This document shows positions 44,863 to 55,661 of a DNA stretch of 64,000 bases, one piece after another. Where the stretch lies: contig CDRNVI010000100.1 of the NCBI GenBank assembly GCA_977017575.1, forward strand, positions 4,543 through 68,542. The letters run 5' to 3'. Position numbers and translations under genes: made by a program. The first letter of the stretch is position 1. Every line of letters starts with the position of its first letter. The stretch is from Paramoeba atlantica (Eukaryota; Protista; Discosea). The notes below the pieces were generated by a model that was not told the DNA's origin, ran no database searches, and was given only the letters and a program-made list of their open reading frames with translations.

Positions 44863-47800
44863 TAATCTCTTCGTATTGATTACTGCGAGCCAGTGGACGA
44901 TCCTCTTTAAAATGAGCTCTGTCCACAGGTGCACTTGGCTCAGATTGAGCCGAAGTTGCAAGTCGTTCGTTTTGAATCATTTCAGCATAGCGCTTTCGCG
45001 CATTTATGACTGAAATATTGGACCTCGTCCTTGTCCTTGTCGATGCAAGATCAACATTTTCTTCGGAGGAGTTCTCAGTAGAACCTCCTAACGCGGCCGT
45101 TAAAGCTCGCGTTTGTAGTTCGCAGTATGCATTCTGCTGAACCAATCGCTCTTCATTGACCACTGCAGTGTTCTGCTGTGCTTCAAGAGTATCTTGAAGA
45201 TGAGGTTCAACCTCGCGCACTTCAAGCTCATTTTCGTACGCAATGTTCCGTGCTAATACTGCTTCTTCCAGAGTGCAAGCATCTTTGCGTCGATACAAAT
45301 CTGCCGCGTTCTCTGTATTCTTCGAAGCATGTAAAAGCCGAAGAAAGTTGCACATTGTGTCATACTTTCCAGGCGTATTTACTTTCGCTTCATTGAGAAG
45401 CTTTTCAAACCCTTCTGGGGTCATTTCATGGCTCGGTGAGCCTTTCGTCCATGGGGAAAACAATGCCACCATGTGTTTCGCTACTCGAAGCTGGCTTCGA
45501 GCTTATGTCCCAGGTTCTTTTGAAGAACTCAATATGGGAAAACCTGGTACAGCTGGCACAGTGTGCAAAGAGCGCAACTGTTGCTCAACAATATCTCCAG
45601 GCTCAAATTCCGGGAGGCCGTCAATGTCCTCAAAGGCGTATCTCCCATTAGCACGACGTCCGCGACGACGTCTTCGATTTGTCCCTGACTCAAAATCTTA
45701 ATCACGATCGGGCTCTTCTTGAGCTAGCTCAGCTCTTTTCTTCTTTACGCTGACAATGCCTGCATAGGAATACAGGTCAAGGTCTTGAAGATCTTCGCCC
45801 ATGTGCATGTAACGCACATGGAGTGGTGCAAGAACTGCACAATCATGTTCGGTGATCATTAGAGCTCTACCATACCGTTGTCGAACTCTATATCAGAGTC
45901 TTGTGACGAATCATCGTCACTGATTTCTAGATCTCTGTGATCTGACTCACTTGAGATGTTTGCCAGGAACTTCATTACAGGTTCACATTGATCCATGTGA
46001 AGTATGGCTCATGTACTCGGAGGGTTGGCCGAGACAAAAGGCAGTTGCCATTTCGATTGAAGCTTCCGATGTGTCATGTTCGACAATTCTCTTTCGATGT
46101 GTCATGTTCGACAATTTCTGTAAAAGTAAGCGTGCCATCGGAATGTCAGTTTGCACTCTGTGCTCTGAATTCAGACCCCTTCGAAGGTGGTCATTGGCTG
46201 CGCGAAGTGCTGGTACAATGTACACAGGTGGACCAATGTCCTTGCTCATATATTTTATGAGATATTGCATAATTTTTATGCCGGGGCCTTCGCTTCCAAT
46301 GAAAACTACACATGTATTGCATCTTACGCAAGCAGTGAGTGTCTCATTGTACGGAACGATGAGGGATCCCCGTTTAGTGTCTTGTGTCGGGTCCTGGTTA
46401 TTGCGCAGAAGCACAATCAGAGACCGTTCATCAAGTACTGACCAAATGGTATCATTTTTAATCGGCCGTGTTGGAGGCTTGAGCCAGAATTCCGGTTGTC
46501 CAGATTCATCCATCTGAACCTCAACCTCTCTAACTTCCGTTTCATTTTCATGAAGTACAGATTGTACGGATGCAATGCCATATCGGCATTTGTTCTTGTT
46601 TATATTTCCTTTCATTTTGAAACACATGGGTCTGTGACCAACGTGCTGCTGAACATCAACAGCACATTTGGCCACATGTTCCCTTAAATAATCATCCTTT
46701 TCATCAGGAATGATATGTAGTCCTCCGCGATACATCGTCGGGCGTTGCAGGGCCGTAAAGCTCCTTACTGATCCTTTGCGCCCACTCGGGCAGATCAGAG
46801 CGCATCGTCGTACCCAAAGACTTCGCGAGACCATCGTGCTCCTTCACAATGTGAATTCATTCGAAGACGTAGTGTGGACTAAGATTCGTCCATAGCACAC
46901 TATGAAAGTGTAGCGCACCTCTTTTCTGGCATTCTACGACACCAAAAAATGCTCGAGGTCGACCAAAGAGGCCTTTAAGAACGTCACGTTCCTTCTTTAC
47001 CTCATCTACATTCGACATTCCATACAATTCGGTAAGAAGAGTACGGATTTGCCGTTCGAAAATGCTGGTGGATCTGACAGGATTCCCTTGCACAAGCTCA
47101 GATCGCTTGAGAAGGTTGGCCCGCATTTCCTGCATTTTTTCGCTCTCATCATTTGTGATGATTCTTAGAGCTAGAACGTTATCGTTCATGTTTGGACTCA
47201 CTGTGGTCCAGTAAGTTGGCAGTCCGTATCGCCTGCATAAGGCGTAGATCTGACCTTGTGATGCCTTTCGCTTTGCTGGCGAAAAGGGTATCGTTTTTGC
47301 GCATATTTGCACAAATGGCAGAAACTTTGTTTCCAGAAGTTTCGCCTCGGAACTGTTTGGGTTCCTTATAGCCTGTTGTACAATGTGATAGAAAGCATCA
47401 GCATTGCAAAAATTAACGAGGCTTCTGTGCATATCTTTGTTATACTTCAGATTTTGCACTACCGCTGATGAGACTGCACGGCGCCGAAGCACATCGTAGC
47501 AGTAAAATATGAATCCAGCATTCTTTGCAAATCGGGAATCCGATTGCTCTAGAATTGTCTTGATTTCATATGGTTCAAACGTAGAACCCTTAAAAGGGTA
47601 CTTTTGCATCAGCGTCGGAAATGCTCCGAGCAAGATGTTTCCATGTCGACATACTCATTGAGTAAACCTTCTTTTTGTTTCAGTTGCATCGCCACGGCGT
47701 GCGTAATTTGCGCACCCGCCGGCGCATTGCTTACAGGGCAGTGATCGGTTACAAAAGCTCGTGTGATCTCACCGCGAGGATCGCGATGTGACGTATCGGA

Positions 47801-48097
47801 AGCCACTGCTTGGGTGACCATACTGTTGATGGCGTTTTCACCCTCCTGGGAAACGGATCTATCCCAAAGATGTGAGACAACGTCTCTACAATGTTGCTCG
47901 GTAACAACGTTGATTTTTCCTTCCTCTTTCAGTTGAGCATACACGTGGTTATGCTCACAGAGGAAGTCTACCCAGGTGTTCAGAGTCTCTGATTTCACCC
48001 CGAATATGCCACTCAGATGTGCAGAACATAGTCTTTGACTACGTTTTGTTCGCCGTTCGTTGGCTATCCAAACAATTTGGATGTGCTTAATCGCCCT
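44863..48097 (-). pseudogene. Helitron Rep (DUF6570 + Helitron_like_N + HUH) coding region, frameshifted
   Basis: WVDFLCEHNHVY; GAFPTL; GLPTYWTTVSPN; NPV..IFERQI; VECQKRGALHFHSVLW (HUH); QQHVGH..CFK..CRYG; CNT..YLIKYMSK (catalytic Tyr motif); LFSPW. Confidence 0.85.
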
Positions 48098-49243
48098 ATC
48101 TGGGGATTTTGGGGGAAAGTCCAAAACAACGACTTCGTTTTCTTTAAAGGTTCTAAAACTGCCATTGTGGCAAGGAGCATTATCCATAGCAACCCGGGCC
48201 CCGCTATGACGCTTTAAGAAACTTAAAAAACCCCCTCTTTTTGTCATCGCGCATTTAAAAACATCTGAAGTGATCGTAATTTTCCCATTACTGTCCCTGT
48301 TTGGAAAAACATGATAAAAAATTCCATAAATAAAGCTTATACCCATCCAAACGTTCACTCCATCCCCCCCAAACCACTTGTGCGAAGCTTTTAGAGGTGG
48401 TTTCGGGGGGTCACTTGCTCTGCAAATGTACGAGCGGCTTTCCTGTCCAAGCTGGCAAGTGAATTTTTTTTCGTCACACCAAATTATGTGACGAAGCTGT
48501 GCGACAGACCACTTCTGCATTTTCAATGCAAAGGTTAGTCGCTTGGCCTTATGAGATTCAGTTAAAAAAAGGCCTTTCGAAAAAGAACGTTGGATTATCC
48601 CTGCGTCCTTCAAAAAATATACTACAGTTGGCCTGCTGCAGGTGAAACCTCGTTTCCTGACCTCTCGAAGTATAAAATTCCAGGAGGGACAACCGCGTGT
48701 GCTTGACGTGTTGGCCGTGTCAATAATCTCGTGGCACGCATCAAGAAGCCCGGGTGTCGCCACAGTGCGTTCGCGAGGGGGTGTGGAACGTTCAACGTCC
48801 CCGGTTTCCTCAAAGCGTTTCACCCACAACTTGACAGTGCTGTGGTGGACGCCTTCTCTTCGGCAAGTGGCACTATAGGAATTTGTATTCTCGTAATCTT
48901 TTACAAGAAGCATCCTATGTGAATATTTGGTGTGCCCAGGGGAGGAGTACGCCCTATCGGAGAGAGATCCTTTGTTCTGCATAGAACGGGATCGCTTTCG
49001 CGGCATAAAACTGAGACGAAATGGAGAAAAAGCGAAAAAATGAGCAAATTTGGGAAACACTGCATATTTCAGAGGGGCAAAAAAACTTTAAAAAAATGCC
49101 ATAAACAAAATTGCTTTCTTTTGGGGTGAAAATAGCGCAAAAACATAGAACTCTGCGAGAGCTCTCGAATGCGCTATCATTTTCCAAAATTTGAAGGGTT
49201 TTGCAATTTTTAGACCCCCCGCAGCATCTGATTTACCCCCCTG
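48098..49243 (-). mobile_element. Tc1 element 5' part; transposase truncated at ..PPKSPD and fused in frame to Helitron sequence
   Basis: TA-CAGGGGGG end at 49243; ATG 49006 after CTCAG; HTH, WCDEKKF, VWMGIS and MDNAPCH present; catalytic E absent. Confidence 0.8.
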
Positions 49244-49361
49244 TATGTTTTATTTATGAATATTTTGGCTCAAATCCTTCCGTTTTCTTCAGCGTCCCTG
49301 GCCAAAGTGAAAGAAGACTGCGGGAGGGAGAGTATTCGAATACACTTAGTGATTGGCCAGT

Positions 49362-50556
49362 TTTCCTTTTTTAGGCTCTTCATTAAACACGGTGGTTGTT
49401 TTCAACTTAGAAGTCATTCATGCTGCATGCTTCGCGTTGAAAACTACCACCGCGTTTAACGAAGAGCGTAAAAAAGAAAAATCTCCAAAAGATCATGAAT
49501 AATCTATTTTTTTTGGGGTAAAAGCTCGATTTTTCGGCAAAAATTGCAAAATTTTACACCGAATTTGGGCCGTTTTGGATGCCTTCCCAGTAGGGGCACG
49601 AGTCGAATCTGTCGCAAAAACATAGTAGAATGGTAGCTGAGGTCCCAAACTCCCCAAAATACGGTTTAGGAGTCGATTGTGGAAAAATTTTATTTTTACT
49701 TTTTCTTGGATCAAATTATTTTTTTGGTCACCCTAAAAATTTCGGAAATTTTGACCGTGTCGGACCCCTCCTGCGCGTACCAGGGGGAGGTACCCCCAGG
49801 GGGGGGGGTGGAAAATTATCGCCGCGGCCTACTCTACCACTTCCCTGCGCTAGATTTTGAAAAGCAAAAAGTTCGAAAAAAAATTTCGCGCCGTATGCCC
49901 CCCCATGGACCCCCCCCATGGACCCCCCCCATGGACCCCCCCCATGGACCCCCCCCCATGGACCCCCCCCATGGACCCCCCCCATGGACCCCCCCCATGG
50001 ACCCCCCCCATGGACCCCCCCCATGGACCCCCCCCATGGACCCCCCCCATGGACCCCCCCCATGGACCCCCCCCATGGACCCCTCATTTTTTTGAACTTT
50101 TTTTTTCAGTTTTGGATCACCGGGGCCCCCCTTTATATTTTTTTCTTCTATTACTATCCACCCCTATTTAATAGGACTCCGATTTTGGGCGAAAGGCCCT
50201 AATAAAGCGGGGGGACACGGAAAATAATATGAAGAAATCGGCGCCGCTTCGCCGCGCCTTTTTTATCGTTGTGAAACAAAGTCCTACTCCCTTTTGATAC
50301 ACTTTTGGTTGTTGGGGTAGATACGAAAAAAAAAATCCGCCACTTCGCGGCGCATTCGACAATTTATTGGCACTTTCCCCGAAATCTTTTTTGGCCTTCC
50401 AGACAAAATAGCCCTATTAAAGGGGGGGGGGTGACACGTAGCCCTATTAAATAGGGGGGGATAGTATATTAGTGTGTTCCTCATTATATTTTCACTGTTT
50501 TTGTTCACTTTTTTTTAATAATCGAGGGTAGAGCGGTAGTTATACAACCACCGCAA
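49362..50556 (-). mobile_element. Diverged Helitron2-like subfamily copy with an internal 13-bp array
   Basis: Same long terminal hairpin (49365-49475) and GCGGTAGTTATACAACCACCGCAA end as 9571-10443. Confidence 0.65.
49898..50083. repeat. 13-bp minisatellite (ATGGACCCCCCCC)n, ~14 units
   Basis: Directly visible tandem repeat. Confidence 0.95.
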
Positions 50557-51014
50557 ATTCCTCCCTACAAGATACGGCACCCGCACATTTATAATGCATA
50601 TTAAGCTGCACATTGCTAATGCATCTAGCACATTTATAATGCATATTATTTTTATCATAGTGTTGTACACTAGAGATTTTCATTCCGGATAATCCTGGCA
50701 AAGATCAGGATCTTGTTCCGAAAGAGATTTTCCTACTCAAGCTGCTTGTGGTGGGTTCCAGGTGGGGTTCTGTCGCATAGTATATAGCCTAAATGAAGCC
50801 TGCAGTGCAGCAAGGGCAACGTTTTCACGCATTTTGCGAACGTGGTGCTTATAATCTTTTGGGAATCTCACCCCCGCTAAATAGGGGGGGAGGTGGTAGT
50901 TGTTTTGGGGGAAATGAGAGGCCGAACGCACGGAGGGGCCGGCCGGGCCACTGAGTGTGACGTTGGTGGGAAGCAATTTGCGAAGCCTCTAATGAAAAAA
51001 TATAATTAAATATG

Positions 51015-51240
51015 CTTGTCACTGAGACAAACCACAGAAATCTCAGATACGAGGAGGGAAAAACTGCAAAACGGAGCTGTGGACGTGCTGTACTAAATGA
51101 AAAAAATCGCACATATAGTCTGGATGAAAAAATCGTACACTTGTCACTGAGACAAACCACAGAAATCTCAAATAGGAGGAGGGAAAAACTCCAAAACGGA
51201 GCTATGGACGTGCTGTACTAAATGAAAAAAAATCGCACAT
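51015..51240. repeat. 125-bp direct repeat x2, downstream of IS30-like ORF 1
   Basis: CTTGTCACTGAGACAAACCACAGAAATCTCA at 51015 and 51140. Confidence 0.9.
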
Positions 51241-51312
51241 ACGTATCTTGAGTTTTGTTTGGGGCCCACAATAAATGAAGTAAAAAATCACTTTGAATTC
51301 TACCCGAGCATA

Positions 51313-52320
51313 CTACTGCGAATCCTGTGAGCTATCCATCAGAATACGAGGACGAAGCATAGGAGGGGCGATAACCTTGATATTTTCGATCAATTCAATA
51401 GGCGAATTGTTCTCCAGGACATCTTTTGGTCGTTCGTTGATGGCTGCAGATGTCGTATCAAGCGCAGCTTGCGTGACGTGGGTGAACGATGTTCGCTTAC
51501 GGTAGAAATCACGAACAAGACCATTGAAATTTTCAACGCCCCCTTTCTCCCAACTTGCGTAGGGCTGACAAAAGAATGATTGACAGCCCACCGAAGCGTT
51601 CACTAGTTCGTGTTTCGCGAACTCGGTTCCATTGTCGTACGTGATAGTGAAAACTTGGAACCCCTGCAGAGCACGAGTGACCTCCTCGGCTACAACTTCT
51701 GATTTCTTGTTCTCCAACTTCCGGAGAACTCCGTAGCGGCTTTTTCTCTCCACTAAACTGAGAAAATAGCCACTATGTTGCGCGCCTTCAATCAAGTCAC
51801 ACTCCCGATCTCCATATCTGGAGCGAGTATTGACGAAACCTGGGCGCTCGCTTATGTCAGTTCGATTCGGTATTTTCAGGCGATTTGTACCCCGTCGCCT
51901 TCTACCGCGACCTCCCCCCCGGCGCAGGAACTGAACTAAATTCCCTGCTCTGTCTTCCTGTTTGATGAATCCATAAACGGCTACACGAGAAATCTTTACC
52001 CCATCTTCTTTAAAGAGAGTTGTAGCGATTTGCTGTGGGCTAAATCTCTTCCCCAGCAAAGCAATCACCTTCTCTTGCACATCACCTTGTATTTTCTGGT
52101 GCTTGTGTTTCCGCGAGGAAATGGATGTGTTTGCCGCTCGTTGCGCGCGCTTCGCATTATACTCCCCGTTACGCATACCTCTCGTGAGCTCGCGGCTCAG
52201 CGTTGACTGATTTACAGACAACTTTTCGGCTATTTCCTCCTGCGAGAAACCTTGCTGGTTGTATAGCACCTCTATTTTAGTGCGATCTTCATGATCCATA
52301 CGCTTTTTTGATTGTGCCAT
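51313..52320 (-). CDS. IS30-family transposase (copy 1), intact ORF
   Basis: HTH SQEEIAEKLSVNQSTLSRE; FSPQQI; IPNRTDISERP; ECDLIEG, TYDNGTEFAKH, PYASWEKGGVENFNG (D-33-E); likely start MAQ at 52320 after TTTTTCTCTCAG. Confidence 0.9.
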   Translation of the reverse strand: MAQSKKRMDHEDRTKIEVLYNQQGFSQEEIAEKLSVNQSTLSRELTRGMRNGEYNAKRAQRAANTSISSRKHKHQKIQGDVQEKVIALLGKRFSPQQIATTLFKEDGVKISRVAVYGFIKQEDRAGNLVQFLRRGGGRGRRRRGTNRLKIPNRTDISERPGFVNTRSRYGDRECDLIEGAQHSGYFLSLVERKSRYGVLRKLENKKSEVVAEEVTRALQGFQVFTITYDNGTEFAKHELVNASVGCQSFFCQPYASWEKGGVENFNGLVRDFYRKRTSFTHVTQAALDTTSAAINERPKDVLENNSPIELIENIKVIAPPMLRPRILMDSSQDSQ

Positions 52321-52355
52321 TGAAACAGAAAGCTGAGAGAAAAACGTAGAATTAT

Positions 52356-52464
52356 GCATGTGAATGTGCTATATGCATGTGAATGTGCTATATGCATCTG
52401 AATGTGCTATATGCATGTGAATGTGCTATATGCATCTGAATGTGCTGTTATGCATGTGAATGTG
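52356..52464. repeat. 19-bp array (GCATGTGAATGTGCTATAT)n, continuing at 53058-53175
   Basis: Tandem units; an uninterrupted relative lies at 57205-57350. Confidence 0.9.
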
Positions 52465-53057
52465 TTATATACAATAAAGATACAGTTTCTGTACCTTGTT
52501 GGTACATTTTGCTAGCCCTTCCTTTCTTTTCCCGGAAACGGGCATATTCTTACTTTTAAATGCCCGTTTCCGGCTGACGGCTAGCTGGAACTGTCCCTCT
52601 TTGTCGCGGAAGTAGGGGACGCACTTCGCACTCTTCACCCCTCCCCGGCTCGCTCTCTTCGAGTGAGCTTTCTTCTCCCGGGAGCTATGCGCCATGGTGG
52701 CCTCCCTTGAGGACCACTGGGCGTGCTACCGCGGGAGGACACGTTGTATGCGTGTATAGGGGATGCGAACTTGCACCCCTCTCTCCCTACATGCTGTAGC
52801 GAGTGCGGCGGTAACGGACCTCCCCATGATGCATCATGATCCACGATAGATCATCTGACAGCATGAACCCACGGCTTGACCGTGCTGCAGCATGAACCAT
52901 GGCTATACGTGCTGTAGCATGACCGATGGGCGTCTCGTCTCCTACCTCGCACTACACTCTCTGTGTGACACCCGTCGTATGCGGGTCATGCGCCGATGGT
53001 ATCGGCCGTCACACAGAGAGACGTATCTCTGCGCCACGAGCGTATGATCATGACCAT
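52465..53057 (+). mobile_element. Spliced-leader-headed structured retroposon (SINE-like) with a 17-bp TSD
   Basis: TTATGCATGTGAATGTG at 52448-64 and 53058-74, single at the empty site ~57289-57305; head ATAAAGATACAGTTTCTGTACCTTGTTG|GTAC; multiple stems; no coding potential recognised. Confidence 0.7.
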
Positions 53058-53179
53058 TTATGCATGTGAATGTGCCGCTTAGTATGCATTATCAATGTGC
53101 AGTAAATATGCATTTGAATGTGCTAATATGCATCTGAATGTGCTATATGCATTATAAATGTGCCGCTTAGTATGCATTA

Positions 53180-53372
53180 TTGCGGTGGTTGTAAAACTAC
53201 CGCTCTACACTCGATTATTGAAAAAAAAGTGAACAAAAACAGCGAAAATATAAAGGGGAACACAGTAATATAATAGAAGAAAAAAATATAAAAGGGGGCT
53301 CCGGTGGTCCAAAACTGAAAAAAAAAAATTGAAAAAAATGGGGGGTCCATGGGGGGGGGTCCAGGGGGGGGG
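53180..53372 (+). mobile_element. Helitron2-like terminal fragment
   Basis: TTGCGGTGGTTGTAAAACTACCGC end plus ~190 bp matching the family. Confidence 0.75.
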
Positions 53373-53377
53373 CGCCC

Positions 53378-53778
53378 GCACATTGATAATGCATACTAAG
53401 CGGCACATTGATAATGCATATAGCACATTGATAATGCATATAGCACATTGATAATGCATATAGCACATTGATAATGCATATAGCACATTGATAATGCATA
53501 TAGCACATTGATAATGCATATAGCACATTGATAATGCATATAGGACATTGATAATGCATATAGCACATTGATAATGCATATAGCACATTGATAATGCATA
53601 CTATGCGGCACATTGATAATGCATATAGCACATTGATAATGCATATAGCACATTGATAATGCATATAGCACATTGATAATGCATATAGCACATTGATAAT
53701 GCATATAGCACATTGATAATGCATATAGCACATTCATATTGCATATAGCACATTGATAATGCATATAGCACATTGATA
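53378..53778. repeat. 20-bp array (GCATATAGCACATTGATAAT)n, ~20 units
   Basis: Directly visible; reverse-complement relative of the 19-bp array at 52356. Confidence 0.95.
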
Positions 53779-53982
53779 AGAGTGACAAAGACATCCGATT
53801 CTTATCCATAAATGTGCGTCCTTTATATACACGGGCATGTACTTATGCGCGTTACAAAAAAAAAGTGACCCCCCCTCGAAAAAAAAATCGACCCCATGAA
53901 AAAAAAGTGGAGGGGGGGAATAAGTTAAAAAGAAAAAAAGTGGAGGGGAGAAACAAGTTAAAGAGCGCTAGTATTTCATTCC

Positions 53983-54151
53983 TGCTCCCGGTGAGGCCCC
54001 GGAGTTGCGAGAGGCCTCCATACCCCACAACTACCACCTTCCCCCCCTATTTAGCCGGGGTAGCGCGAGCGACCCCTGATAAATGGGGGGAAGGTGGTAG
54101 TTGTTTTGGGGAATATGAGAGGCCGAACGCACGGAGGGGCCGGCCGGGCCA
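53983..54151. repeat. 169-bp module with internal hairpin; inverted copy at 63004-63172
   Basis: Near-identical reverse-complement match over the full length. Confidence 0.9.
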
Positions 54152-54162
54152 CTGAGTCTGAC

Positions 54163-54510
54163 GTTAGTGGGAAGCAATTTGCGAAGCTCAACTTTTCCAT
54201 CATACCCGACCCCTAGAAAAGCCAAGACTTTGTTTACCCGTCTGCGAGACAAAAATGTGTGTCGTTAGTGGGAAGCAATTTGCGAAGCCCAACCTTTCCA
54301 TCATACCCAACCCCTAGAAAAGCCAAGACCTTGTTTACGCGTCTGCAAGACAAAAATGTGTGTCGTTAGTGGGAAGCAATTTGCGTAGCCCAATTTTTCC
54401 ATCATACCCAATCCCTTACAAAGCCAAGACGACTGAAGCCCAACTTTTCTGACTGAGCCCAACTGTTCCACCATACCCAACCCGTAATAAAGCCAAGACC
54501 TTTTGAAGCC
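54163..54510. repeat. 101-bp direct repeats x3 plus a degenerate unit, downstream of IS30-like ORF 2
   Basis: GTTAGTGGGAAGCAATTTGCG at 54163, 54264 and 54365. Confidence 0.9.
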
Positions 54511-54656
54511 CATACACGTAAAGAAAACAACATTCAATGCAAGAACGCACACGAAATGCAAATATCCAATACAAACAAGGCCGCGCAGTTTCATAGGAAA
54601 TTAGTGTTTTATGACACAATATTTGAAGTAAGAAGCCCACGCACACGAAAAGAGGT

Positions 54657-55637
54657 TTAAGATTCCTGCGAGCTGTCCAAGAGAATTTGCGGTCGAATTT
54701 TCCGTAAGTTTTGCACAAACTCAGATGGGGACTGGTCTTGGAGCACCACTTTCGGTCGAGCATTGATATTGCTGGATACGGAATCAAGGTCTGCTTGGGA
54801 TATATTACTGAAAGGATGAGACTTTGGGTAGAAATCTCTGACGACGCCATTGAAATTTTCGACACCACCCTTTTCCCAGCTCGCGTACGGTTTACAAAAG
54901 TACGACGAGCAATTAAGGGAACGATTTACGCTCTCGTGCTTCGCGAATTGCGTTCCATTATCATATGTGAGTGTCCGTACCAAAAAGCCTTGAAGGGCGC
55001 TGGTGATAGTCTCTGCTACAAGAGTCGATTTCTTGCATGATATCTTTTTCAGGATCCCGAAACAACTTTTGCGCTCAACCAGGGTAAGAAAGTGGCGTGT
55101 ACCTTCTATTAGATCACACTCCCAATCACCGTATCGTTCCCGATCGTTAACAATGCTGGGCCGCATATCAATATCTGTACGATTAGGGATGCTGGTACGA
55201 TTAGTTCCACGACGACGGCGTTGTCCACGAATTCCCCCCCGACGGAGGCAACTCTCCAAGTTTTGACTCTTATTCCGACTAATAAAACCATAAATTGCCT
55301 TCCGGGAAATGCTCACACCTTCTTTACGCAAAGTAACAGATATCTGTTGAGGGCTAAAGCGCCGACGTAACAGAGATATGACACTCTCTTTGATGTCTCC
55401 TTCAATTTTGCTTGCACGGGACTTCCGTTTACTCATTGCTTGGTTGAGTGTTCGTTCAGCCCGCTTCGCGTTGTACACACCATCCCGATCTCCACGTGCC
55501 AGTTCTCGACTAAAAGACGACTGATTTACTTTCAGTTTTGAGGCAATTTGTGCTTGCGAAAAGTTTTCTTGATTGTGGAGAACCTCAATAAGTTTACGAT
55601 CTTCTGAATTAATACGTTTTCTAGATGTTTGACACAT
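54657..55637 (-). CDS. IS30-family transposase (copy 2), intact ORF
   Basis: GDWECDLIEG, TYDNGTQFAKH, PYASWEKGGVENFNG (D-33-E); GCACCATG start after a T-rich tract. Confidence 0.9.
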   Translation of the reverse strand: MCQTSRKRINSEDRKLIEVLHNQENFSQAQIASKLKVNQSSFSRELARGDRDGVYNAKRAERTLNQAMSKRKSRASKIEGDIKESVISLLRRRFSPQQISVTLRKEGVSISRKAIYGFISRNKSQNLESCLRRGGIRGQRRRRGTNRTSIPNRTDIDMRPSIVNDRERYGDWECDLIEGTRHFLTLVERKSCFGILKKISCKKSTLVAETITSALQGFLVRTLTYDNGTQFAKHESVNRSLNCSSYFCKPYASWEKGGVENFNGVVRDFYPKSHPFSNISQADLDSVSSNINARPKVVLQDQSPSEFVQNLRKIRPQILLDSSQES

Positions 55638-55661
55638 GGTGCAAGAAAGACAAAAAAAAAT

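Noticed and set aside
51280-51310. TTGAATTCTAC as a bacterial IS30 inverted repeat
   Set aside because: It has the wrong orientation for a right end, no partner upstream, and no counterpart at copy 2.
40175-52501. 28-bp inverted match (40175-40202 versus 52474-52501) as TIRs of a 12.3-kb composite element
   Set aside because: The 28-mer is the spliced-leader core, no TSD flanks the pair, and the 52.5-kb copy has its own TSD-bounded insertion.
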